A stretch of 64,000 bases of DNA from Gammaproteobacteria bacterium (lineage in GTDB: Bacteria > Pseudomonadota > Gammaproteobacteria > Natronospirales > REEB76), in the NCBI GenBank assembly GCA_049591455.1, contig JBAWFA010000007.1, positions 27,462-91,461 on the forward strand, written 5' to 3'. The position numbers and the translations under genes are program-made. The notes under the pieces were generated by a model. That model searched no databases, was not told the DNA's origin, and saw only the letters and a program-made list of their open reading frames with translations. This document shows positions 20,205-31,202 of the stretch, in pieces. Numbering within the stretch: the first letter of the stretch is position 1; each line of letters starts with the position of its first letter.

Positions 20205-21637
20205 GGTCGCCCCGTTTTGGCAGGGTGTACGGGATGTTTGTTCGACAGGCGTTGCGGTAGTTCCGCCGCCATGGCGCCGATGTCGCCGGCGCCCAGAGTC
20301 AACAACAGATCGCCATCCCTCAGCACATCCAGCAACGCATCCGGCAGATCCTGACTCTGCGCCACGAACACCGGGTCCACCCGGCCGCGGTTGCGGATGG
20401 AGCGCGCCAATGCACGGCTGTCGGCGCCGGCGATGGGCGCTTCACCCGCCGCATACACTTCCAGCAACAACAGTGCATCTGCGTGGGACAATACCTCGGC
20501 GAAATCCTCGAACAGATCCCGGGTGCGGGTGTAACGATGCGGCTGGAACGCCGCCACGAGGCGCCGTGACGGCCAACCTTCGCGCGCCGCCTCCAATGTC
20601 GCCGCCAGTTCCCGCGGGTGATGTCCGTAGTCGTCCACCAGCATCACCGTACCAGCGGGCGTTTTGATATCACCGTGAATCTGGAAACGACGTCCCACGC
20701 CCTGAAAACCGGCGAAGGCTTTCCAGATTGCGTTATCGCCAATCCCGATATCATGGGCAACAGCCATGGCCGCCAGCGCGTTGAGCACATTGTGCCGACC
20801 GGCAAGATTGAGCGTCATCTCGAGCGGGGCATCCTGCCCGGGTTTCCACGCCTTGAAATGGGTCTTGTGGCCTTCGCGGCGAATCTCGCTCGCGCGGAAA
20901 TCCGCCGGCTCGTTCAAGCCATAGGTCACTACCGGCCTTGCCACATTCGGCAGGATATGGCGTACTTCCGCATCGTCCAGGCACAGCACCGCCAAACCGT
21001 AAAACGGCAAGTGATGCAGGAACTCGATGAAGGTGCCGCGCAAGCGCGTGAAATCCCCCCCATAGGTGCCGAGATGATCCGCGTCTATGTTGGTGACCAC
21101 CGCCACCAACGGCTGCAGATACAGGAACGACGCGTCGCTCTCGTCCGCTTCCGCCACCAGATAGCGCCCGGTACCGAGGCGCGCATTGACGCCGGCGCTG
21201 ATAAGACGCCCACCGATGACAAAGGTCGGATCGAGGCCACCTTCCGACAGTACGCTCGCCACCAGACTCGTGGTGGTAGTCTTGCCGTGAGTGCCTGCCA
21301 CGGCGATGCCGAAACGGAAGCGCATGAGTTCCGCAAGCATTTCCGCACGCCGCACCACCGGGATGCGGCGTGCGTGCGCCGCGACTACTTCCACGTTGTT
21401 CTCGGTAACGGCGCTGGATATCACCACCACGTCCGTATCCGCAAGGTTTTCCACGCAGTGGCCCAACATCACCTGCGCGCCCAATCCCGCGAGACGCCGG
21501 GTGATGGTGTTTTCTCTCAAATCGGAGCCGCTCACGTGATAGCCGAGGTTGATGAGCACTTCCGCGATGCCTCCCATGCCGGCGCCTCCGATACCGACAA
21601 AGTGAATGCGGCGGATGCGGCGCATGAGTTCGTTCAT
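20201..21637 (-). CDS. murC: UDP-N-acetylmuramate--L-alanine ligase
   Basis: ATG 21637 ([28 protein letters not shown]) forms ATGA with the murG stop. [10 protein letters not shown]-loop. 478 aa. Confidence 0.95.
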   Translation of the reverse strand: MNELMRRIRRIHFVGIGGAGMGGIAEVLINLGYHVSGSDLRENTITRRLAGLGAQVMLGHCVENLADTDVVVISSAVTENNVEVVAAHARRIPVVRRAEMLAELMRFRFGIAVAGTHGKTTTTSLVASVLSEGGLDPTFVIGGRLISAGVNARLGTGRYLVAEADESDASFLYLQPLVAVVTNIDADHLGTYGGDFTRLRGTFIEFLHHLPFYGLAVLCLDDAEVRHILPNVARPVVTYGLNEPADFRASEIRREGHKTHFKAWKPGQDAPLEMTLNLAGRHNVLNALAAMAVAHDIGIGDNAIWKAFAGFQGVGRRFQIHGDIKTPAGTVMLVDDYGHHPRELAATLEAAREGWPSRRLVAAFQPHRYTRTRDLFEDFAEVLSHADALLLLEVYAAGEAPIAGADSRALARSIRNRGRVDPVFVAQSQDLPDALLDVLRDGDLLLTLGAGDIGAMAAELPQRLSNKHPVHPAKTGRP

Positions 21638-22710
21638 GCAAGCCCGCCTGCCTGCAAACAGGCATCCGCGACTTTCACCGCCGCATCGGGTTTCGCCAGC
21701 ACGCGCGCGCGCTTGGCCATCTCCAGCAATGTTGAACGGTCGAGCAGCAGACGCTTCAGCAGGGCGGCCAGTGTGAGCGGTGATAGCTGCGACTGGTTCA
21801 TTAATTCCGCAGCACCAGCCCACAGCAGAAATTCCGCATTGCGGGTCTGGTGATCGTCCACCGCCTCTGCGAACGGCACCAGCACTGCGCCCAACCCCGC
21901 CGCCGCCAGCTCCGCAATGGTGAGCGCGCCGGCACGGCAAACCGCGAGGTCCGCCCAAGCGTAGGCTTGTGCCATGTCTTCGATGAACGGCATCACGCGC
22001 GCAGTGAGCCCGCCGGTTCGATACGCGGCCGCGACGCTTGGCGCATCCCGCTCGCCGGTCTGGTGCCAGATTTCGGGATGCGGCGCCGCGTCGAGTTGAG
22101 CGAGCGCCAGCGGCACAGTGTCGTTGAGCACCTTCGCGCCCTGACTGCCGCCGATCACCAATACACGCAACGGCCCGGTGCGTGCTGCAAACCGTATTTC
22201 AGGAAGAGGCAGCGCCGCAATGACGGCGCGCACCGGATTACCCACGTATTGCGCATGCCGCGGGGCCGCGAAGCTCGCCGGAAAACCTTCCAGCACCCGC
22301 TTCGCTACACGACTCAAGACACGATTGGTGAAACCCGGCGCGGCGTTCTGCTCGTGCAGCACCAATGGGCAACCCAGCAGACGCGCGCTGAGGCCGCCGG
22401 GTCCGCTGGTAAATCCGCCCATGCCCAGTACCACCGCCGGATGCAAATGTTTCAGAATGTGAAACGCCTGCGTCATAGCGCGGGCGATGCGGAACGGCGA
22501 CTTGAGCAAAGTAGCCAGGCCCTTGCCGCGGATGCCGCCCACTTCAATCCATTCCACGGGAATACCGGCGGCCGGCACGACGCGCGCCTCCAGTCCATGC
22601 TGCGTGCCTATCCAGATCACTTCATGACCACGGGTACGCAATACGTCAGCCACCGCGAGCGCGGGGAAAACATGACCACCGGTGCCTCCAGCCATAATCA
22701 CAATCTTCAT
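21634..22710 (-). CDS. murG: lipid II-forming GlcNAc transferase MurG
   Basis: 358 aa. [17 protein letters not shown]-terminus. dcw position. Confidence 0.95.
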   Translation of the reverse strand: MKIVIMAGGTGGHVFPALAVADVLRTRGHEVIWIGTQHGLEARVVPAAGIPVEWIEVGGIRGKGLATLLKSPFRIARAMTQAFHILKHLHPAVVLGMGGFTSGPGGLSARLLGCPLVLHEQNAAPGFTNRVLSRVAKRVLEGFPASFAAPRHAQYVGNPVRAVIAALPLPEIRFAARTGPLRVLVIGGSQGAKVLNDTVPLALAQLDAAPHPEIWHQTGERDAPSVAAAYRTGGLTARVMPFIEDMAQAYAWADLAVCRAGALTIAELAAAGLGAVLVPFAEAVDDHQTRNAEFLLWAGAAELMNQSQLSPLTLAALLKRLLLDRSTLLEMAKRARVLAKPDAAVKVADACLQAGGLA

Positions 22711-22726
22711 ATCTCCATCTCGAATC

Positions 22727-23890
22727 TCATGCGACCACCTCGCGTTCCATCCAGGAATGACCTTCCCGGGTTTCCCGGTCCACGCGCAAAATCATGCCGA
22801 TGGCGGTGCAAATCACGATGAGGCTGCTGCCGCCGTAACTCATGAGCGGCAGCGTCAAGCCCTTGGTGGGCAGCGCGCCCATGTTAACGCCCATGTTGAT
22901 GAACGCCTGCAAACCGATCCACAGTCCCAGACCGAAGGCGAGGTAGGCCCCGAACATCAAGCCCTTCTTTGCTGCGTGCCGTGCAATCACGATGGCGCGC
23001 CAAGTGAGGATTAAATACATGCTGATGACCACGAGACAGCCCAGCAGCCCCAGTTCCTCCGCCAGTACCGCGAACAGGAAATCCGTGTGCGCCTCTGGCA
23101 GATAAAAAAGTTTCTGCACGCTCTCGCCCAGGCCCACACCAAAGAATCCGCCGCGGCCGATGGCGATCAGCGATTGGGTAAGCTGGAAGCCGCTGTCGAA
23201 CGGATGACTCCAGGGATGCAGAAACCCGGTGATGCGATCCAGGCGATAGGGTGATGCGACCGCCAACACGATGAAACCCACCGCCCCCAATATCAGGAAC
23301 AGGAAAAAATCCCGCAGGCGTGAGCCGCCGAAAAACAGTACGGCCATGACGGTGGCGACCAGCACCATGGCGGCGCCGAAATCCGGTTCCGCCAACAGCA
23401 GCAACGCCGCCAGAGCGAGCAGCAACATGGGTTTGAGGGAACCGGTGAAGCGCGAAGTGAGTTCTTCGCGACGACGCACGCAGTAACCGGCGATATATAT
23501 AAGTATCAGCAAGCGCGCCGGCTCTGAGACCTGGAGACGGAACGGCCCCAGCACCACCCAGCGGATGCTGCCGTTCACCTGCCGGCCGATGCCGGGCACG
23601 AGCACCACCGCCAGCATCCCCAGAGCCAGCATCAGCAACAGAAAGTTCGAGCGCTGCCATAAGGATAGTGGCAGCAGATAGACAGCGAATCCGCACCCCA
23701 GTCCGACGATGGCATACGCCATCTGGTGTTCCAGGTAATAGAACGGATTGCCGGTCATCTTGTCCGCGAGCGTGATGGAGGCGGAAGCCACCATCAGCAG
23801 CCCCACGACCAGTATCACGGCGGCTGTCATGATCAGCACCCGGTCCGGTTGAAAGGCGCTGGTGCCGGCTATGGGTTTGGTTTCAGACAT
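22727..23890 (-). CDS. ftsW: SEDS-family peptidoglycan polymerase FtsW
   Basis: 387 aa, about 10 TM segments. Motifs LPEAHTDF and LPTKGLTLPLMSYGGSS. Confidence 0.95.
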   Translation of the reverse strand: MSETKPIAGTSAFQPDRVLIMTAAVILVVGLLMVASASITLADKMTGNPFYYLEHQMAYAIVGLGCGFAVYLLPLSLWQRSNFLLLMLALGMLAVVLVPGIGRQVNGSIRWVVLGPFRLQVSEPARLLILIYIAGYCVRRREELTSRFTGSLKPMLLLALAALLLLAEPDFGAAMVLVATVMAVLFFGGSRLRDFFLFLILGAVGFIVLAVASPYRLDRITGFLHPWSHPFDSGFQLTQSLIAIGRGGFFGVGLGESVQKLFYLPEAHTDFLFAVLAEELGLLGCLVVISMYLILTWRAIVIARHAAKKGLMFGAYLAFGLGLWIGLQAFINMGVNMGALPTKGLTLPLMSYGGSSLIVICTAIGMILRVDRETREGHSWMEREVVA

Positions 23891-25232
23891 CGGCGAGCCT
23901 GCTCACCGCCTGCACGAACGAACGGCCGCGATGTTCGAAGTTGTCGAACATGTCGAGGCTCGAACAGGCAGGCGACAGCAACACCAGATCACCGGGGCGG
24001 GCGAGTTTGGCTGCAGCTTTCACCGCCGCGTCCATGTCCTTGACCCTTTCCACCGGCACGCGGCCGGCAATGGCCTGTTCAAGAGCCGCCGCGTCCTTGC
24101 CCAGCAACACCGCGGCGCGCGCCTTGCCGACCAGGGCCTGCGCCAAGTGGGCGAAGTCCTGATTCTTGCCGTCGCCACCCGCAATCAGCACCAGTGGTCC
24201 CGCCAGACCAGACACGGCAGCGAGTGTTGCGCCCACATTGGTGCCCTTGGAATCGTTGTACCAATTGACGCCACGTACCGCCGCCACGAATTCCATACGG
24301 TGCGGCAGGCCGCGGAATTCGCCGAGCGCCGTCAGCATCGCATCCATGGGCAGGCCTGCGGCTTCACCCACAGCGAGTGCCGCGAGCGCGTTCGCCAGAT
24401 TATGATCGCCACGGATACGCAGTTCATCCACACGCAATAATTTTTCATGGCCGCGCGCCAGCCAAAGCCGCTGTTCATGCACGAGGACACCGAAATTGCG
24501 GTCATCGGTTGCATCCAGGCCGAAGCTCACCTGTTTGTGCGTCGACGCAACCATCTTTCGCACCCAGCCATCCTCACGGTTGATCACTGCCGTATCGCAA
24601 TGCGCGAAGATGCGCGCCTTGGCGGCGGCGTAATCCGCAAGCGTGGCGTAGCGATCCATGTGATCGGGCGAGATATTCAGCACAGTGGCCGCGACACAGT
24701 GCAGAGAATCGGTGATTTCCAGCTGGAAGCTGGACAGCTCCAACACGTACAGTTGCGGCTCGGGCTCCCGGATCAAGTCCAGCGCCGGCGTGCCGAGGTT
24801 ACCGCCCACACGCACCTCGACGCCGGCACGCTCCGCCATCAAACCCAGCAGTGTGGTCACGGTACTCTTGCCGTTGGAGCCGGTGATGCCCACCACCGGT
24901 GATCGAACTTGGCGCGCGAACAATTCGATATCGCCGAATACCGGCAACCCCAGGGCTCGTGCCTTGGCAATGAAAGGTGTCGCCACTGCAATGCCGGGCG
25001 ACACCACCACCTGATCCGCATGTCGGAGCGCTTCCTCGGAAAAACCACCCAGGAACACCGCGGCGTCCGGCACGCTGTTGTGCAACTCCTTCAGGCCAGG
25101 TGGCCGTTCGCGGCTGTCGGTGACCGCCACGTCCATGCCCTGCGCCGCGAGGAAACGCGCGCAGGACAACCCGGTCTTGCCGAGGCCGACGATGAGCGTC
25201 TTGATCCTGTGTTGAGGCATGTGTATGCGCAT
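23883..25232 (-). CDS. murD: UDP-MurNAc-L-Ala--D-Glu ligase
   Basis: VGLGKTGLS Rossmann fold and GSNGKSTV P-loop. The start could instead be ATG 25220 (MPQHRIK..). Confidence 0.93.
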   Translation of the reverse strand: MRIHMPQHRIKTLIVGLGKTGLSCARFLAAQGMDVAVTDSRERPPGLKELHNSVPDAAVFLGGFSEEALRHADQVVVSPGIAVATPFIAKARALGLPVFGDIELFARQVRSPVVGITGSNGKSTVTTLLGLMAERAGVEVRVGGNLGTPALDLIREPEPQLYVLELSSFQLEITDSLHCVAATVLNISPDHMDRYATLADYAAAKARIFAHCDTAVINREDGWVRKMVASTHKQVSFGLDATDDRNFGVLVHEQRLWLARGHEKLLRVDELRIRGDHNLANALAALAVGEAAGLPMDAMLTALGEFRGLPHRMEFVAAVRGVNWYNDSKGTNVGATLAAVSGLAGPLVLIAGGDGKNQDFAHLAQALVGKARAAVLLGKDAAALEQAIAGRVPVERVKDMDAAVKAAAKLARPGDLVLLSPACSSLDMFDNFEHRGRSFVQAVSRLADV

Positions 25233-25235
25233 TTC

Positions 25236-26318
25236 TCAACGCACCTTCAGGGTGGAAAGACCGACCAGCACCAGGATCACGGTGATGATCCAGAAACGCA
25301 CAATAACGCGTGGCTCCGGCCAGCCCTTCAATTCAAAGTGGTGGTGCAACGGTGCCATGCGGAACAGACGCCGGCCGGTGAGCTTGAACGAGCCCACCTG
25401 CAAAATGACAGAAACGGTTTCCATGACGAACACGCCGCCCATGATGAACAGCACGATCTCCTGGCGCACGATCACAGCGAGCGTGCCGAGCGCCGCGCCC
25501 AGCGCCAGCGCGCCTACGTCGCCCATAAATACCTGAGCGGGATAGGCGTTGAACCACAGAAATCCGAGACCCGCACCGACCAATGCGCCGCAGTACACCA
25601 CTACCTCGCCGGTGCCCGGCAGATACGGAATGGTCAGGTAATGCGCGAAATTGAAATTGCCGGCGGCGTACCCGAACACGCCGAGCGCGCCGCCCACCAT
25701 CACCGCCGGCATGATGGCGAGGCCGTCCAGGCCATCGGTGAGATTCACCGCATTGCTCATGCCCACCACCACGAAATAGGTGATAAGGATGAAAAATCCG
25801 CCGAAGTTCACCGACACATGCTTCAACAGCGGCACGATGTATTCGATTTCCGGTGTACCCCGGTGGCTGGCGTACAGCGCCACGGCCGCCGCGAGACCCA
25901 ACATGGACTGCATGAAATACTTGCTGGCAGCCGACAACCCCTTGGAATTCCGCAGCACCAGTTTCTTGTAATCATCCGCGAAGCCGACCAGCCCAAAGCC
26001 AACGGTCACGCCGATGAGAATCCACACGTAACGGTTGCGCAGGTCCGACCACAACAGCGTGGCGAGGATGATGGTGACCAGAATCAGTGTCCCACCCATG
26101 GTGGGCGTGCCGGCTTTGGCAAGATGCGATTGCGGGCCATCGTTGCGCACCCGCTGGCCGATCTGACGCAAGCTCAGCCGACGGATCATGGCAGGTCCGG
26201 TCAGGAACGACAGCACGAGCGCCGTGAGCACACCCAGAATGGCGCGGAAGGTCAGATAGGAGAATACGTTGAATGCCGAGTGATAGCGCGTCAGGTATTC
26301 GGTAAGGAACAACAGCAT
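25236..26318 (-). CDS. mraY: phospho-MurNAc-pentapeptide translocase
   Basis: 360 aa polytopic. Motifs [32 protein letters not shown]. Confidence 0.97.
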   Translation of the reverse strand: MLLFLTEYLTRYHSAFNVFSYLTFRAILGVLTALVLSFLTGPAMIRRLSLRQIGQRVRNDGPQSHLAKAGTPTMGGTLILVTIILATLLWSDLRNRYVWILIGVTVGFGLVGFADDYKKLVLRNSKGLSAASKYFMQSMLGLAAAVALYASHRGTPEIEYIVPLLKHVSVNFGGFFILITYFVVVGMSNAVNLTDGLDGLAIMPAVMVGGALGVFGYAAGNFNFAHYLTIPYLPGTGEVVVYCGALVGAGLGFLWFNAYPAQVFMGDVGALALGAALGTLAVIVRQEIVLFIMGGVFVMETVSVILQVGSFKLTGRRLFRMAPLHHHFELKGWPEPRVIVRFWIITVILVLVGLSTLKVR

Positions 26319-26321
26319 GGT

Positions 26322-27704
26322 TCAGCTCCCGCCCGCGGACTGGCCGAGCGTCTGTGAGGCGCGCAAGGCCTCCACGATGCGCTCCATGCGCATACTGCGC
26401 GAACCCTTGATCAGCAGCGTGATGCCCGAACGCACACCCGTGCGCAATGCATCAATCAATGCCTCCCGGTCCACAAAATGTTCGGCGCCCGCACCGAATT
26501 GTTCCGTAGCGTGCAGACTTAGACTGCCGAAGCTCACGAGACGCACAACACCCAGCCGTTGCGCCAACTCGCCGCAGTCCGCGTGCAAGCCGGCCGCGTG
26601 CTCCCCCAGTTCGCCCATATCGCCGAGCACCAGCCACACGGGGTCACCGAGACTCAGGGCAAATTCCATGGCCACCCTGAGAGACAGGGGGTTGGCATTG
26701 TAGGTATCGTCAATGAGCCGACATCCGCGCACGCCGGGCATCACGATCAATCTGCCGGTGGTAACCGGCGTGTTGGCAAGCCCGGTCATGACATCATCCA
26801 GGCTCGCACCCGCGGCCGTGGCGGCCGCAGTGGCGGCGAGACCATTCAGCACATTGTGTCGGCCCGGCAGTGACAGATGGATCGTGGCATCGCCCACCGG
26901 CGATACCAGCCGGAATTCCCACACGCCGGTGGGCACGGGCTTGAGTGAACCGGGCTGTGGATGGAAATCCGCCTGTTCGCTCAGGCCAAAACTGCGATGC
27001 TGGCGCTGACCGGTCAATTCCCGCCACAAGGCCGCATGCTCGTCATCGGCATTGATGATGGCGATACCGTTAGCACGCAAACCGCTGAACAGCGCGCCTT
27101 TTTCCAACGCCACATTCCGCACGCTGCCGAGCGCTTCGAGATGTGCTGCACCGGCGTTGGTGACCACACCCACGGTGGCGGAAGTCAATCGCGCCAGGTA
27201 TTCAATCTCGCCCGGATGATTGGTGCCCATCTCGATGACCGCGGCACGATGTTGCTCATTCATCTCGAGCAACGTCAGCGGCACGCCGATGTCGTTGTTC
27301 AGATTGCCGCGGGTGGCAAGCGTGACATGGCGTTGACGCAGGATGCTGACAATCATCTCCTTGACCGTGGTTTTGCCGTTGGAGCCGGTGACGCCGATCA
27401 CGGGGATGGCGAAACGCCCGCGCCAATAGGTGGCATACGCGCCCAGGGCGCGGCGCGTATCGCTCACCACGATTTGCGGCAGATGGCAGGCCAGCGGATG
27501 TTCCACCAACGCGCCGCTGGCCCCGAGTTTCTCGGCCTGGGTTACGAATTCGTGGCCGTTGAACCTCGGCCCGCGCAGCGCCACGAACAATTCGCCCGCC
27601 ATGAGTTTGCGCGTGTCCGTTCCGATCCGAAGGAATTCCCGGTCGGTGCCGATCAATTTTCCGCCGGTGGCAGACGCGACTTCGGACAGCCAGTGCGCGC
27701 TCAC
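26322..27704 (-). CDS. murF: UDP-MurNAc-tripeptide--D-Ala-D-Ala ligase
   Basis: GVTGSNGKTTVKEM P-loop. GTG 27704 overlaps the murE stop (GTGA). Confidence 0.95.
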   Translation of the reverse strand: MSAHWLSEVASATGGKLIGTDREFLRIGTDTRKLMAGELFVALRGPRFNGHEFVTQAEKLGASGALVEHPLACHLPQIVVSDTRRALGAYATYWRGRFAIPVIGVTGSNGKTTVKEMIVSILRQRHVTLATRGNLNNDIGVPLTLLEMNEQHRAAVIEMGTNHPGEIEYLARLTSATVGVVTNAGAAHLEALGSVRNVALEKGALFSGLRANGIAIINADDEHAALWRELTGQRQHRSFGLSEQADFHPQPGSLKPVPTGVWEFRLVSPVGDATIHLSLPGRHNVLNGLAATAAATAAGASLDDVMTGLANTPVTTGRLIVMPGVRGCRLIDDTYNANPLSLRVAMEFALSLGDPVWLVLGDMGELGEHAAGLHADCGELAQRLGVVRLVSFGSLSLHATEQFGAGAEHFVDREALIDALRTGVRSGITLLIKGSRSMRMERIVEALRASQTLGQSAGGS

Positions 27705-29218
27705 GGACCCGCTCCCTTGAGCAGTGCCATCACCGCGTCGCGGTCGCTATAGGGCAGATTACGGTCGCCGATGACCTGATAATTTTCATGCCCCTTGCCG
27801 GCCACCAGTACCACGTCTTGTGCTGCGGCAGCGTGAATCGCATACGCGATGGCTTGGGCACGATCGCGCTGCACCCGCACGCGTTTACGCTCGTGAATAC
27901 CCGCCAGAATCTCCGCGACAATGGCATCGCCGTCTTCGTGACGCGGATTGTCATCGGTGACAATTATCCAGTCAGCGAGCCGTTCGGTGATAGCGCCCAT
28001 CTGCGGACGCTTGCCCCGGTCGCGTTCGCCGCCACAACCGAACACGCACCAAAGTTGTCCGTTGCAATGCGCGCGCGCCGCGGTGAGCGCTTTCTCGAGC
28101 GCGTCCGGCGTGTGGGCGTAATCCACCACCACCAGCGGCTGAGGCGCATGACCACCGAAACATTGCATGCGTCCCGGCACGGTGCGCGCCAGACTTACGG
28201 CCTGCAGTGCCTCCGCAAACGGGATATCCAGTGCCAGCAGCACACCAAGCACCAGGAGCAGATTCTGGACGTTGAACTGGCCGAGAAGATGCGAATCAAT
28301 GTGCCCGCTGCCAAAATCACCCTCTACGTCGAATCGCATGCCACCGGAATGCAGCGCGAGATGCGTGGCGCGCAAGCTTCTGCCCTGCGTTGGGTGCACG
28401 CTTTCGAGCATGCAACCGATGCACTCAACTCCGCTTGGCAGCGTGCGCGCCAGTTCCCGACCGAAAGTATCATCCAGATTGATAACTGCGTATTTCAAAC
28501 CCGGCATCTCGAACAGCCGGCGCTTGGCCGCGGCATAACTTTCCATGCTGCCGTGATAATCCAGATGATCGCGGGTTAGATTAGTGAACACCGCCACTGT
28601 CACATGTACACCCTGCATGCGTCCCTGGTCCAGGGCGTGACTCGAGGCTTCCATGCTCACGTAATGCGCGCGCCAGTCGCGGAAGCGCGCCAGCCAGCGC
28701 TGCACGTTGACGGCATCCGGCGTCGTGTGCGTTGGTTCCTCGAGCTTGCCATACAGGCCGTAACCCAGTGTGCCTAAATGTCCGCAGGGTTTGCCGAGCT
28801 CAGTGAGGATTTGCGCGGTGATGAGACTCACGGAGGTTTTGCCGTTGGTACCGGTTACCGCCATCACGTTTTGGGTAATGGAAGGATCGCCGTAGAAGCG
28901 TGCGGCCATGAGGCCTGCATGCTGATCGAGTGCGCGTACCGCGAACGCCGGCAGGCCCTTGAGCGCCGGCAGGTATTTCACCGCGCCCTCGGGGTCGTAA
29001 GCCACCGCCACCGCGCCGTGGGCGCGGGCATCTGCCAGATGTTTCAGGCCGTGATGCGCGTGACCGCGGATCGCCAAAAACAGATACCCGGGGCGCACCT
29101 CGCGGCTGTCGAGTGCCAAACCTTGTAATGGCATATCGCGGCTCGGCGGAATTTCCGCTTCGCCGCGCAGGATTTCCGCCAGTCGCGTACCGCCCATGGA
29201 TCGCGCCTGCGCCATCAT
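27701..29218 (-). CDS. murE: UDP-MurNAc-L-Ala-D-Glu--meso-DAP ligase
   Basis: VTGTNGKTSV P-loop and DNPR motif (VTDDNPRHED). ATGA overlap with the ftsI stop. Confidence 0.95.
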   Translation of the reverse strand: MMAQARSMGGTRLAEILRGEAEIPPSRDMPLQGLALDSREVRPGYLFLAIRGHAHHGLKHLADARAHGAVAVAYDPEGAVKYLPALKGLPAFAVRALDQHAGLMAARFYGDPSITQNVMAVTGTNGKTSVSLITAQILTELGKPCGHLGTLGYGLYGKLEEPTHTTPDAVNVQRWLARFRDWRAHYVSMEASSHALDQGRMQGVHVTVAVFTNLTRDHLDYHGSMESYAAAKRRLFEMPGLKYAVINLDDTFGRELARTLPSGVECIGCMLESVHPTQGRSLRATHLALHSGGMRFDVEGDFGSGHIDSHLLGQFNVQNLLLVLGVLLALDIPFAEALQAVSLARTVPGRMQCFGGHAPQPLVVVDYAHTPDALEKALTAARAHCNGQLWCVFGCGGERDRGKRPQMGAITERLADWIIVTDDNPRHEDGDAIVAEILAGIHERKRVRVQRDRAQAIAYAIHAAAAQDVVLVAGKGHENYQVIGDRNLPYSDRDAVMALLKGAGP

Positions 29219-30936
29219 GATGCGTGCCCCAGGTTCACCACATAGGCGGTGGTGGTAAGCGTGCCGAGATCATCCGGCGGAATATCCAGAAGACGCAGCG
29301 CGCCACTCATGACGCGCGCGAACACCGGGGCCGCTACCGTTGCAGCGTAATACTGGCCGCGGCTCGGCTCGCGGATGACGACGATTGTCACCAGCCGCGG
29401 ATCGGTGGCGGGCGCGATGCCCGCGAACACCGATATATAGTCATTGTCGGAATAGCCGCCGTTCTCGGCGACGTGTGCCGTGCCGGTCTTTCCGGCGATG
29501 TGATACCCGGCTATGTCCGCGAGTTTGCCAGTGCCTTCGTTGGACACCACGGTCTCGAGCATGTGACGGAGCGTCACGACCGCCGCCGCGGGAATCACCT
29601 GCTGTCCGGTTGGCGGTGCGTCCAGCCGCACGAAACTCGGCGGGATGCGCATACCATCATCGGCGATGATGTCGTAAGCATCCGCCAGTTGAAGCGCGGT
29701 TACCGCAACGCCATATCCGTAGGAGATGGTGGCTTGCTGAGCGATGGACCAGCCGCGATACGCGGACAGCGCACCCGGCGCTTCGCCCGGAAAACTGCTG
29801 CCGCTCAAATGGCCGAAGCCGAAGGCCGACAGCGTGTTCCACAGCAATTCAGGGCTGAGCGACAAGGCGATCTTGCTGGCGCCCACGTTGCTGGATTTCT
29901 CCAGGATGGTGGTGAGATTGATGGCGCCATAGTCGTTGTCGTCGCGGATGGTATAACCCGACACTTTGTAGAAACCCGGCGCGGTGTTGACGATAGTATT
30001 GGGCGTGTAACGGCCCGAGAGCAGCGCCGCCAGGATGGCGAAGGGTTTCATGCTGGAACCGGGTTCGAACTGATCGGTTACCGCGCGGTTGCGGTAGAAA
30101 CTCGCCTGAAAATCACCGCGGTTGTTGGGATTGAAGGATGGCTGGTTTGCCATGGCCAGCACTTCGCCGGTCTTTGCATCCATAACGATGATGGAACCGG
30201 ATTTCGCCCCCTGTTCCAGCACCGCCTGCTTGAGGGCGCGGTAGGCGAGATACTGCACGCGCAGATCAATGCTGGCTACCAGGTCCTTGCCGGGCCGCGG
30301 CGCGCGCAGACTTTCCACGTCCTGCACCGAACGCCCGTAGCGGTCCACGATCACGCGCTCGGCACCGGGCACGCCGCGCAGCCAGTCGTTGTAGGCGAGT
30401 TCCAGGCCTTCCTGGCCCGAGTCATCCACGTTGGTGAACCCCAGCACGTGGGCCGTAACTTCACCAGCGGGATAATAGCGGCGGTATTCGCGCTGGCTGT
30501 ACACGCCGGGGATATCCAGAGCCAGTACTCGCTGCGCCGCATAGGGATCGAGACCGCGCACCAGATAGACGAATTCCTTGTCGTGGTTCTGGCGTACTAA
30601 CTGCGCAATGTCCGCGCTGCGCAGGCCGAGTGCGCGAGCCAGTTCGGGAATGCGTCCCAGGGCATCGGAGATTTCCTGGGGATTCATCCAGATGGAATCC
30701 ACCGGCGTGGAGACTGCCAGCGGCTGTCCATTGCGATCCAGGATCATGCCGCGGTGGGCGGGAATCTGGACCACGCGCAGATGGCGTTCCTTGCCCTGGT
30801 CCTGCAGGAACTGGTTGTCAAACATCTGCAGATACACGGCCCGCCCGATCAGGGCCACAGCCGCCAAGATAAACACGCCCAGCACCGCAATGCTGCGCCA
30901 ACTCCGGGAGGTATTTTCCACATCCCGCGCGCTCAT
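29215..30936 (-). CDS. ftsI: division transpeptidase FtsI (PBP3)
   Basis: ATG 30936 forms ATGA with the ftsL stop. TM anchor, then SxxK (GSSMKP), SSN and KTGT motifs. 573 aa. Confidence 0.95.
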   Translation of the reverse strand: MSARDVENTSRSWRSIAVLGVFILAAVALIGRAVYLQMFDNQFLQDQGKERHLRVVQIPAHRGMILDRNGQPLAVSTPVDSIWMNPQEISDALGRIPELARALGLRSADIAQLVRQNHDKEFVYLVRGLDPYAAQRVLALDIPGVYSQREYRRYYPAGEVTAHVLGFTNVDDSGQEGLELAYNDWLRGVPGAERVIVDRYGRSVQDVESLRAPRPGKDLVASIDLRVQYLAYRALKQAVLEQGAKSGSIIVMDAKTGEVLAMANQPSFNPNNRGDFQASFYRNRAVTDQFEPGSSMKPFAILAALLSGRYTPNTIVNTAPGFYKVSGYTIRDDNDYGAINLTTILEKSSNVGASKIALSLSPELLWNTLSAFGFGHLSGSSFPGEAPGALSAYRGWSIAQQATISYGYGVAVTALQLADAYDIIADDGMRIPPSFVRLDAPPTGQQVIPAAAVVTLRHMLETVVSNEGTGKLADIAGYHIAGKTGTAHVAENGGYSDNDYISVFAGIAPATDPRLVTIVVIREPSRGQYYAATVAAPVFARVMSGALRLLDIPPDDLGTLTTTAYVVNLGHAS

Positions 30937-31202
30937 GGATGCACCACTACGATCTGGGGATGCGGCGGTATCTGCATGTCCAGTTTTTGCGTCGCCATTT
31001 GTTCGATGCGCGCGTGCGTTGACCAAGTGCTCTGCTCGAGCAGCAACTGCCCCCATTCAACATTGATCTGGTCGCGCTGCTGGCGCAGTTGCTGCAGTTG
31101 CGCGAACAGCATGCGGTTCTCGTGGCGCGCATCTATGACCGCAAGCGCACTCAGGAACACCGCGACGATCAGCAAGGCCAGCACCGCGCGGGGCAGCTTC
31201 AT
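30933..31202 (-). CDS. ftsL: cell division protein FtsL
   Basis: 89 aa. TM segment (AVLALLIVAVFLSALAVI) followed by a leucine-zipper-like coiled coil. ATG 31202 forms ATGA with the rsmH stop. The track ORF is over-extended. Confidence 0.85.
   Translation of the reverse strand: MKLPRAVLALLIVAVFLSALAVIDARHENRMLFAQLQQLRQQRDQINVEWGQLLLEQSTWSTHARIEQMATQKLDMQIPPHPQIVVVHP

Noticed and set aside
21638-21958. 107-codon N-terminal extension of the murC ORF. Equivalent extensions occur for ftsI (30937-31056), ftsA (19334-19504), petC (52081-52365), the M23 peptidase (15262-15513), ftsL (31203-31454), sspA (51264-51320) and lpoA (44446-44685).
   Set aside because: The extensions overlap the upstream gene. 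The canonical N-termini begin at internal ATGs that form ATGA/GTGA stop-start overlaps. The extensions are Arg/Gly/Ala-rich with no signal or domain features.
24909-26357. 482-aa ORF antisense to murD and mraY. Similar long shadow ORFs occur at 4692-5681, 6706-7752, 18227-19402, 20618-21853, 29224-30600, 46620-47630, 61725-62678 and 62546-63403.
   Set aside because: Each is fully contained opposite a well-supported conserved gene. None has its own intergenic space, and all share the same His/Arg/Gly/Ala-rich shadow composition. I treat them as non-coding.
30058-30075. GGGTTCGAACT, resembling a tRNA T-arm.
   Set aside because: It lies inside the ftsI coding frame. I could see no flanking acceptor or anticodon stems, and no cloverleaf can be drawn.
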